Below are positions 56,281-64,000 of a stretch of 64,000 nt of DNA, in pieces. Origin of the DNA: an uncultured Gemmatimonadales bacterium (lineage in GTDB: Bacteria > Gemmatimonadota > Gemmatimonadetes > Gemmatimonadales > GWC2-71-9). Every line of letters begins with the position of its first letter. The stretch's first letter is position 1. The notes beneath the pieces were generated by a model, which worked only from the letters and a program-made list of their open reading frames with translations, was not told the origin of the DNA and did not search any database. The translations under genes and the position numbers were made by a program. Location: assembly GCA_963771275.1 (NCBI GenBank), contig CAVYSW010000009.1, positions 64,001 through 128,000 on the forward strand, read 5' to 3'.

Positions 56281-58428
56281 ATGACTCGATTCGTGCGCGT
56301 GGCAATCGCCGCGCTTGCCGTTACGTTCCCGTCCTCCCGCGCCGGCGCTCAGCGCCCCGATTCCCTGCGCCAGGGCGCCGACTCCGCACTCCGCATGGCG
56401 GCCATCGTCGTCACGGCCACCCGCTCCGAACAGGTGCCGGCGGGCGAGAGTCCCGTGGCCGCGTCGGTGGACACGGTCACGCCCGCCGATCGCGCCGAGG
56501 GCCGGATCGCCGTGGATCTGCTGCGGAACGCCACGGGCGTGCACGTCCAGCAGACGTCCGCCGGCCAGGGCGCCGTCGTGCTGCGCGGCCTGGTCGGCAA
56601 CCAGGTGCTGTACCTCGTCGACGGCATCCCGCTCAACAACGGGACCTATCGTGACGGCCCAGGGCAGTACCTCGCCACGATCGATCCCGAGAGCATCGAC
56701 CGGTTCGAGATCATCCGGGGCCCCGCCTCGGTGCTCTACGGCTCGGACGCGCAGGGTGGCGCCATCAACGTGATCACCCGCCCGCACGCCGTGGGAGTCG
56801 GTTGGAGCCTGGGAGCCACCGCCGAGGCGCGGTCGGCCAACATGGGGGGACGGGTCCACCTCTCCACCGGGTACGGCACGAGCGCGCTGCGCCTGGGCAT
56901 CGGCGCGACGCTGGCGGATGCCGGAGACCTGCGCGCGGGCGGCGCCGTCGGCACGCAGCGGCCCACGGGCTTCACGACGGCGGGGGTGGACGCGCGGCTC
57001 GAGTGGGCGCCGAGCACGCGGCACCGGCTCACCCTCGCGGCCCAGCACTTCGCGATGGACGGCGTCCCCCGCTACGACCGGTACGTGGACTTCCGCGGCC
57101 CCGCGCCGGGGCCCGACGCCCGGTACGAGTTCGACCCCCAGACGCGGCAGCTCGCCTACGCCCGCTACGCGTGGCACGCCGGCACGCAGCTGCTCCGGGT
57201 CCTCACCACGACGGCCAGCCTGGCGGTGCAGCGCGAGGGCCTGCTGCGGCAGCGCCTGCGCGGCGGGGCCCCCGAGGCCGCCACGACCTACACCCGAGAT
57301 GACGTGTTCACGCCCGGGCTGAGCCTGGTGGGCGAGTCCCGGATCGTGGCGGGTGTCCGCGCGATCACGCTCACGTGGGGCGCCGAGATGTACCACGACC
57401 GGCTGTACAGCTACGGCGAGATGACGAACCTGGTGACCGGCGCGGTTGCACCCGTCGTGCGCGAGACCGCGACCGGCCTGATCGCCGCCGGCAAGTTCCC
57501 GACCGGCGCCACGATGGACCGGACCGGCGCGTTTCTCGAGGTCAGCACCCTGGTGCTACCGCGGCTCCGTCTGTCGGCCGGTGGGCGGTGGAGCGGCTTT
57601 CGCACGAAGGCCGAGGTGGGCACCGAGTTCGGCGGCCTGGTCGAGAACACCGCGAGCGCGCTCACCGGGCAGGGCGGCCTGGTGCTCTCCGTCACCGAGT
57701 CCGTGGACGCGGTGGCACGGGTCGCCCAGGGCTTCCGCGCGCCCAACCTCTACGATCTCACGAACATCGGCGCCGTGCCGGGCGGCGTGGTGATCCCCAA
57801 CCCCGACGCGCAGCCCGAGCGCTCCCTGAGCTACGAGGCGGGCGTGCGCGTGCGCACGCGGCGCACCGGCGCCGCGATCACGGCGTACCGCACCCTGATC
57901 AACGACTTCATCGACCGCGTGCCGGCGAGCTTCCACGGCGACACCCTGCTCGACGGCGAGCGCGTGTTCCAGGGCGGGAACGTCGGCGAGGCGCGGTTGT
58001 GGGGCGTCGAGGCGGAGGCGCTGCACGCAGTCGACCGGATCGAAGGCCGCGCCACCCTGCTCTACACCTACGGCCAGCAGACACTGGGCGACGGGACGCG
58101 CGAGCCGATGTCCAAGATCCCGCCGCTCGCCGGCACGCTGCGGCTGCGGTGGCTGGGGTCGGCGGGACGCTGGTGGGCCGGCTACCAGCTGGCGTGGGCC
58201 GGCCGGCAGAATCGGCTCTCGAGCCGCGACCTCACCGACACCCGCATCGCGCCCGACGGCACGCCCGGTTACGCGGTCCATTCCCTGCTCGCGAGCGTCG
58301 CCGTGACGCCGCTGCTCAGCGCGAGCCTCGGGTTCGAGAACCTGGCCAACACGCTCTACCGTACCCACGCGAGCGGCGTGGACGCGCCGGGGCGGAACGT
58401 GTGGGTGGGGGTGCGGTTCCTGCAGTAG
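56281..58428 (+). CDS. TonB-dependent receptor
   Basis: IVVTATR, plug IIRGPASVLYGSDAQGGAINVIT, GFRAP, ENLAN..Y; GGAGG RBS. Confidence 0.93.
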   Translation: MTRFVRVAIAALAVTFPSSRAGAQRPDSLRQGADSALRMAAIVVTATRSEQVPAGESPVAASVDTVTPADRAEGRIAVDLLRNATGVHVQQTSAGQGAVVLRGLVGNQVLYLVDGIPLNNGTYRDGPGQYLATIDPESIDRFEIIRGPASVLYGSDAQGGAINVITRPHAVGVGWSLGATAEARSANMGGRVHLSTGYGTSALRLGIGATLADAGDLRAGGAVGTQRPTGFTTAGVDARLEWAPSTRHRLTLAAQHFAMDGVPRYDRYVDFRGPAPGPDARYEFDPQTRQLAYARYAWHAGTQLLRVLTTTASLAVQREGLLRQRLRGGAPEAATTYTRDDVFTPGLSLVGESRIVAGVRAITLTWGAEMYHDRLYSYGEMTNLVTGAVAPVVRETATGLIAAGKFPTGATMDRTGAFLEVSTLVLPRLRLSAGGRWSGFRTKAEVGTEFGGLVENTASALTGQGGLVLSVTESVDAVARVAQGFRAPNLYDLTNIGAVPGGVVIPNPDAQPERSLSYEAGVRVRTRRTGAAITAYRTLINDFIDRVPASFHGDTLLDGERVFQGGNVGEARLWGVEAEALHAVDRIEGRATLLYTYGQQTLGDGTREPMSKIPPLAGTLRLRWLGSAGRWWAGYQLAWAGRQNRLSSRDLTDTRIAPDGTPGYAVHSLLASVAVTPLLSASLGFENLANTLYRTHASGVDAPGRNVWVGVRFLQ

Positions 58429-58450
58429 AAGCGGCGGCAGGGGCGGCAGA

Positions 58451-58522
58451 TGGCCCCAAGGGGAATCGAACCCCTGTTCCCACCTTGAAAGAGTGGTGTC
58501 CTAGCCGTTAGACGATGGGGCC
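58451..58522 (-). tRNA. tRNA-Glu(TTC)
   Basis: Cloverleaf, anticodon loop CTTTCAA. Confidence 0.95.
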
Positions 58523-58548
58523 TGCGAGCCTGCCGGAGGGAAAGGTAA

Positions 58549-58621
58549 TAGCGGTAACGGGAATCGAACCCGTGTTTCAGCCTTGAGAGGGCCGCGTCCT
58601 AGTCCCCTAGACGATACCGCC
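58549..58621 (-). tRNA. tRNA-Glu(CTC)
   Basis: Cloverleaf, anticodon loop CTCTCAA. Confidence 0.95.
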
Positions 58622-58699
58622 GCGCGGGCTGCAATATCGCGACCCCTCCCACTCCGCCGCAACCGGCTGCACGGGAGGGTCCGCGCCCGCGCTCTGCCC

Positions 58700-60730
58700 C
58701 TACCAGATCTTCACGCGCTGCTCCGGCGGCAGATACATCTTGTCGCTCGGCTTCACGTCGAACGCCGTGTAGAAGGCCGGCACGTTCCGCACCGTCCCGT
58801 TCGCGCGGAATTCGGCCGGCGAGTGGGGGTTGGTCTTGAGCTGGTTGAGCAGCGCCTGGTCGCGCTGCTTGCCCCGCCACACCTGCGCCCACCCCAGGAA
58901 GAACCGCTGGTCGCCCGTCAGGCCGTCGATCACCGGCGCCTGGCGGTCGCCGAGCGCGAGGTGGTACGCCTTGTAGGCGATCGAGAGCCCGCCCAGGTCG
59001 CCGATGTTCTCGCCGATCGTGAGCGCACCGTTGACGTGCTGCCCGGGCAGCGGCTCGAACTGGTTGTACTGCTGGATCAGCATCGTGGTGCGCTGCTCGA
59101 ATTCGGCGCGATCCTGCGGCGTCCACCAGCTGGTGAGATTCCCGTCGCCGTCGTACTTGCTTCCCTGGTCGTCGAATCCGTGGCCGATCTCGTGCCCGAT
59201 GACCGCGCCGATCCCGCCGTAATTCACCGCATCGTCCGCCGCCATGTTGAAGAACGGCGGCTGCAGGATCGCGGCCGGGAAGACGACCTCGTTCATCGAC
59301 GCGTTGTAGTACGCGTTCACCGTCTGCGGCGTCATGCCCCACTCGGCGCGATCCACCGGCTTGCCGAGCCGCGACAGCTGCCGGGCGTAGCCGAACTCCG
59401 CCATCCGGCGCACGTTCCCGACCAGGTCGTCGCGCCGGATCGCCAGCGTGGAGTAGTCCCACCACGTGTCGGGGTAGCCGATCTTGGGCGTGAACTTGGC
59501 CAGCTTGGCGAGCGCCCGCTGCCTGGTCTCGGGGCTCATCCAGTCGAGCTGCGTGATGCTCTGCCGGTACGCCTCGATCAGGTTCGTGACGAGCGCCTCC
59601 ATCCGCGCCTTCGCCTCCGGCGGGAAGTACCGCTCCACGTACATCCGGCCGACCGCGAAGCCGAGCCCTCCGCCCCCCAGTCCGCCGCTCAGCTGCTGGA
59701 CGGCGCGCTTCCAGCGCGGCCGGATCTCCTCGGTGCCCTGGAGCGTCCGGCCGTAGAACTCGAAGTCCGCGTCCACGAAGTCCTTGCTCAGCACGTCGGC
59801 GTAGCGCCGGATGACGTGCCAGGTCATCCAGCTCTTCCACTGCTCGAGCGGCACGGAATCCAGCGCTCCCGCCAGCGCCGTGAAGTAGCTCGGCTGCCGC
59901 ACGATCACCTCGGTGACGCCGGTGGCGCCCGCGGCCGCGAAGTACGCCGCCCAGTCGAGCCCGGGCGTCAGCGCGGCGAGGCCCGCGCGGTCCAGCTTGG
60001 TGTACGCCTTGTCCCGGTCCCGGCTCTGCACCCGGGTCCAGTGACTCCGCGCGAGGCGCGTTTCCAGCGTCATGACGTTCCGGGCGCCCTCGGCGGGATC
60101 GGGCACCCGCGCCAAGGTGAGCAGCCGCTCGACGTGCGCGACGTACTTGTCGCGCAGCCCCTTGAACGTGTCCTCCCGGTAGTACGACTCGTCCGGCAGG
60201 CCGATGCCACCCTGGGACAGGTTCACGACATAGCGGTCCGACTGCTTGTCGTCCTGGCGCACGCCCGCCGCGAACGCGCCGGGCACGCCGTCGCGCGCGA
60301 GCCGCGCCATCAGGCGCAGCAGGTCGACCTTGGTCGCGACGGCGCGCACCGCCGCCAGCTCGTCCGCGATCGGCCCGGCGCCGAGCGAATCTGCCCGCGC
60401 GGCGTTCATGTAGGCGGCATAGAAGTCGCCGACCTTCTGCGCGTCGGAGCCCGGCGCGTTCGACGCGCGCGCGGCCGCCTCGATCAGCGCCTGGAGTTGG
60501 CCCTGCACGCTGTCGGCGAGCTGCTGGAACGAGCCGTAGCCCGCCTGATCGGCCGGGATCGCGAACGTCGCGAGCCACTTCCCGTTCAGGGAGCGGAAGA
60601 AGTCGTCCTGCGGCCGCACCGCCGGATCCACGTACTGCCTGTCGATGCCCGAGACCGCGGCGCGCTGCTGCGCGGAGAGCGGGCCGCCCAGGACGACGAC
60701 GGCGAGCACCAAGCCGAGAAGGCGCTTCAT
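58700..60730 (-). CDS. M13 family metalloendopeptidase (PepO/neprilysin-like), secreted
   Basis: VNAYY, GHEIGHGFD, GENIGDLGG, NPHSP. Confidence 0.96.
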   Translation of the reverse strand: MKRLLGLVLAVVVLGGPLSAQQRAAVSGIDRQYVDPAVRPQDDFFRSLNGKWLATFAIPADQAGYGSFQQLADSVQGQLQALIEAAARASNAPGSDAQKVGDFYAAYMNAARADSLGAGPIADELAAVRAVATKVDLLRLMARLARDGVPGAFAAGVRQDDKQSDRYVVNLSQGGIGLPDESYYREDTFKGLRDKYVAHVERLLTLARVPDPAEGARNVMTLETRLARSHWTRVQSRDRDKAYTKLDRAGLAALTPGLDWAAYFAAAGATGVTEVIVRQPSYFTALAGALDSVPLEQWKSWMTWHVIRRYADVLSKDFVDADFEFYGRTLQGTEEIRPRWKRAVQQLSGGLGGGGLGFAVGRMYVERYFPPEAKARMEALVTNLIEAYRQSITQLDWMSPETRQRALAKLAKFTPKIGYPDTWWDYSTLAIRRDDLVGNVRRMAEFGYARQLSRLGKPVDRAEWGMTPQTVNAYYNASMNEVVFPAAILQPPFFNMAADDAVNYGGIGAVIGHEIGHGFDDQGSKYDGDGNLTSWWTPQDRAEFEQRTTMLIQQYNQFEPLPGQHVNGALTIGENIGDLGGLSIAYKAYHLALGDRQAPVIDGLTGDQRFFLGWAQVWRGKQRDQALLNQLKTNPHSPAEFRANGTVRNVPAFYTAFDVKPSDKMYLPPEQRVKIW

Positions 60731-60847
60731 GGGAATCCCTCGTGCCGGGGAGATGGATGGCGAATAATAGGGTGGCGGCCGGGTGGTGTGCAGCAGGCGT
60801 AGTCTCCGAGCCGGCGCCGGTCCTTCAGAATGCCCTGGGGAACCCTC

Positions 60848-63772
60848 TCACCAGCGGCGCCCGGACTTGAGCAGCGCCTCGACGCCGCCGGGCTCGAGCG
60901 GCCCCGCGAACAGGTACCCCTGCATCGCGTCACAGCCGAGGCCCTCGAGATAGGCCCGCTGGCCCTCGGTCTCCACGCCCTCGGCGACCACCGCCATGCT
61001 GAGGTTGCGGGCGAGCGTCACGATCGTCCGCACGATCTCGCGGTTCTCGGCGTCGACCTCCACGCGGTTGACGAACGAGCGGTCCACCTTGAGCGCGTCG
61101 AGCGGGAAGCGGTGCAGATAGCCAAGCGACGAGTACCCCGTCCCGAAGTCGTCCACCTCGACCTGCACGCCGAGCTCCTTGAGCCGCGTCAGGAGCCGGA
61201 CGCTCGCTTCGGCGTGATCCATCAGGATGCTCTCGGTGATCTCGAGCCGCAGCCCCGAAGCGGGGAGGCCGGTGTCGGCGAGGGCCCCCGCGACCGTTTC
61301 GACCAGCGCCGGATCGCCGAACTGGCGCGGCGACAGATTGACGCTGACCGCCACCGGATGGCCGTTCGTCACCGCGCGCCACGCGTGCATCTGGCGGCAC
61401 GCCTCGCGCAGCACCCACTGCCCGATCGGCACGATCTGCCCGGTCTCCTCCGCCACCCGGATGAACTCCTGCGGCGACACGAGCCCGCGCTCCGGGTGGT
61501 GCCAGCGGAGCAGCGCCTCCAGGCCCGACACCCGGCCGGTCGCGACGGAGACGACCGGCTGATACGCCAGCCCGAACTCGTGCCGCTCCAGCGCGCGGCG
61601 CAGGTCGGTCTCGAGCCGGAGCAGCGAAACCGCCGTGCGATGCATGTCGGCGTCGAACACCTCGTGCCGCGCCCGCCCGCGCGACTTGGCGCGGTACATC
61701 GCCGTGTCCGCGTCGCGCAGCACCTCCTCCGGCCGGAGGTAGTGCACGTCGCTCAGCGCGATGCCGATGCTGGCGCTGGTGAACACCTCATGCGAGCCCA
61801 CGAGCACCGGGGAGATGAACTCGGCCTGGATCCGTTCCGCCACCTGGATCGCGTCGGCGGAATCGTGGATGTCCTCGAGCAGAATCGTGAACTCGTCGCC
61901 CCCGAGCCGCGCCACCGTGTCCTCGGGCCGGACGCACGCGCCGAGACGACGGGCCACCTCGACCAGCAACTGGTCCCCGACCATGTGGCCCAGGCTGTCG
62001 TTCACGTTCTTGAACCGGTCCACGTCGAGAAACAACACCGCGAAGCGTGTGTCGCGCCGGCGCTTGAGGCGGATCACCGCACGGTCGAGCAGCGTGGTGA
62101 ACAGGGCCCGGTTGGGCAGGCCGGTGAGGGTGTCGTGCAGGGCATCATGGACCAGGCGCTCCTCCGCCCACTTCCGGTCGCTGACGTCGGTGAGCGAGCC
62201 GGCCATCCGTGTCGCGCGACCCTGGGCATCCCGCTCGGCCACGCCGCGGCACAGCGCCCAGCGGTAGCTCCCGTCCCGGTGCAGCAGGCGATGCTCGCTC
62301 TCGAAGTGGTCCGACGCGCTGCTGAGGTGATCGTCCAGCTCCCGGCGCACCCGCTCGACATCTTCGGGATGCACGCGGCCGAGCCAGTCCTCCAGCGTCG
62401 CCCCCACGTCGCCGCCCCCGTACCCCAGCATCGCCTTCCAGCGCGCCGAGTAGTAGACCGCCCCCCGCGCCAGATCCCAATCCCACAGCCCGTCGTTGGA
62501 GCCGCGCGCCGCGAGCGCGTAGCGCTCCTCGCTCTCGCGCAGCGCCTGCGCGGTGCGCAGCCGCTCGGTGGCGTCGCGCATCATGCCGCGATAGCCGACG
62601 ATCCACCCCGACCCGTCGCGGACCGGGGCGACCGACGCCTCGACCCCCCGCGACTGGCCGTCGGCCCGCGTGATCACCCACTCGGTCCGCTGCGGCGTCC
62701 CGCTGGCGTACACCTCGCTCAAAACCCGCTCTACGCGCGCGGCGTTCCCCGCGTCCACGAACTCGCGATAGGCGGACCCCACGAGCCGGCTCGCCGGATG
62801 GCCCAGCAGCCGCTCCAGCGCGGGGTTGCACGCCGTGAGCTTGCCGGCGGTATCGAGCTCGTAGTAACCGTCCTCGATGGTCTCGAGAATCGTGCGGGCG
62901 CGCTCCTCGCTCTCGCGCATCGCCTCCTCGGCATGCTTCCGCTCGCTGATGTCGTTGGTCAGCCCGAGCAGACACGGCTCGCCCTGCAGCTGAACGAGGT
63001 CCGCCGAGAACAGGCCGGTGCGCAGCGCGCCCGTCTTGGTGCGGAACGTGTACTCGAAGTCCCGCACCTTCCCGTCCCGCTCCACCCGCGCCATCATGCG
63101 GTCGCGCTCGCGCGGCTCCGCCCAGAGGCCGAGCGTGATGCTCGAGCGCCCCAGCACCTCCTCCCGCGCGTACCCCATGATCGCGACGAACGCGTCGTTG
63201 ACGTCGACCAGTCGGCCGTCGGCCGCGCTGCTGATCGTCGCCGGCCCCGGGGCCGAGCGGAATGCCAGCGAGAACTTCTCTTCGGAGGAGCGGAGCGCTT
63301 CGAGAGTCTGCTTGAGCTGCGTGACGTCGCGGTAGATGCCGTACACGACGGTCCGCCCGCCGGCGAGCCGGATCGGCGTGCCGAGCACCGAAACGTCGAT
63401 CGGCGTGCCGTCCCGGCGGCGGCGCACCGTCTCGAAGCTCACCCGCCCGCCGGCCGCGACCCGCGCCGTGGCAGCCGCGGCCTCCCCGTGCAGCGCCGTC
63501 GGGGCCAGCAGGTCGTCGAGCGACTGCCCGCGCGCCTCGTCCGCCGTGTAGCCGAACATCCGGGTGAACTCGGTGTTTGTCCGGATCACACGGCTCTCGA
63601 TGTCCGCAAGGACGATCGCCTCCGGCGCGGTCTCGAACAGCTGCTCGAGCAGTACGCCCTCGCTCCCGTTCGACGATCCGCCCCGCGCGCGCGCGCGTCG
63701 CCCCCGCGCCAGCCACGCGGCGAGGGCCCCCAGCAGGAAAGCCAGAGCGGCGGCGAAGAGGGTCGGCCACAT
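60848..63772 (-). CDS. Membrane-anchored 4xPAS-GGDEF-EAL c-di-GMP enzyme
   Basis: N-terminal TM, four PAS, intact GGDEF, EALLRW, DDFGTGYSS. Confidence 0.95.
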   Translation of the reverse strand: MWPTLFAAALAFLLGALAAWLARGRRARARGGSSNGSEGVLLEQLFETAPEAIVLADIESRVIRTNTEFTRMFGYTADEARGQSLDDLLAPTALHGEAAAATARVAAGGRVSFETVRRRRDGTPIDVSVLGTPIRLAGGRTVVYGIYRDVTQLKQTLEALRSSEEKFSLAFRSAPGPATISSAADGRLVDVNDAFVAIMGYAREEVLGRSSITLGLWAEPRERDRMMARVERDGKVRDFEYTFRTKTGALRTGLFSADLVQLQGEPCLLGLTNDISERKHAEEAMRESEERARTILETIEDGYYELDTAGKLTACNPALERLLGHPASRLVGSAYREFVDAGNAARVERVLSEVYASGTPQRTEWVITRADGQSRGVEASVAPVRDGSGWIVGYRGMMRDATERLRTAQALRESEERYALAARGSNDGLWDWDLARGAVYYSARWKAMLGYGGGDVGATLEDWLGRVHPEDVERVRRELDDHLSSASDHFESEHRLLHRDGSYRWALCRGVAERDAQGRATRMAGSLTDVSDRKWAEERLVHDALHDTLTGLPNRALFTTLLDRAVIRLKRRRDTRFAVLFLDVDRFKNVNDSLGHMVGDQLLVEVARRLGACVRPEDTVARLGGDEFTILLEDIHDSADAIQVAERIQAEFISPVLVGSHEVFTSASIGIALSDVHYLRPEEVLRDADTAMYRAKSRGRARHEVFDADMHRTAVSLLRLETDLRRALERHEFGLAYQPVVSVATGRVSGLEALLRWHHPERGLVSPQEFIRVAEETGQIVPIGQWVLREACRQMHAWRAVTNGHPVAVSVNLSPRQFGDPALVETVAGALADTGLPASGLRLEITESILMDHAEASVRLLTRLKELGVQVEVDDFGTGYSSLGYLHRFPLDALKVDRSFVNRVEVDAENREIVRTIVTLARNLSMAVVAEGVETEGQRAYLEGLGCDAMQGYLFAGPLEPGGVEALLKSGRRW

Positions 63773-63888
63773 GACCCAACAATAAGGAAGAGTCGTGCCC
63801 GACCGTCACACTGGTTGGATCACCAAAGGCACTGAACGGCAATCACTTGGAACGCGAGCGAGCGCTCACGTCATGGCAGGGGCCCCGC

Positions 63889-64000
63889 TCACTGTGGCAC
63901 TATGCGGTAGAGGCTGCCGCTTTGCGTCATGATGTAGAGGTTGCCACCCCCATCCTCGCCAAACGACGTGACGCCGCTGCCAACCGCCAAGGCGGGCCAG
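63889..64000 (-). CDS. PQQ-dependent sugar dehydrogenase family, C-terminal fragment
   Basis: WPAL...VTSFGEDGGGNLYIMTQSGSLYRIVPQ*, typical GSDH propeller end. Confidence 0.7.
   Translation of the reverse strand, partial: WPALAVGSGVTSFGEDGGGNLYIMTQSGSLYRIVPQ

Noticed and set aside
63940..63952. Suspected homopolymer frameshift in the terminal dehydrogenase fragment
   Set aside because: Recount gives five C, so the frame is intact to the stop at 63889.

Overview
High-GC bacterial chromosomal window. Gene content (BTAD regulators, VPS10 propeller, several secreted peptidases, Big_1 lipoproteins) suggests Gemmatimonadota; this is an inference, not a search result. It holds the 3' part of a classical menaquinone operon (menH-menB-menA-menE), five tRNA genes, nfuA-like, rocD with tandem ARG-box-like sites, dodecin, a K+ channel, three Mg2+ transporter families, a DEAD-box helicase and two multi-PAS signalling proteins. 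No integrase, transposase, prophage, CRISPR array or rRNA was seen. Two loci stand out. (1) 45.7-49.1 kb: a CxxCH-bearing beta-barrel and a CX4CH cytochrome lipoprotein lie divergent from an Ig-stalked cupredoxin and a second cupredoxin lipoprotein, with twin GGGAAC-N18-GTT ECF-type promoters between them; this is a candidate surface electron-transfer module. (2) 31.6-38.8 kb: a glutamine synthetase lacking the adenylylation Tyr is linked to what look like both known glucosylglycerate routes (Ggs-like; GpgS/GpgP), a Na+:solute symporter and a CmpX-like protein. Smaller finds: heptamer-repeat palindromes, a decayed tRNA-Lys duplication, a frameshifted DsbD_2 pseudogene and two small ORFs. All product calls come from motif recognition by eye.
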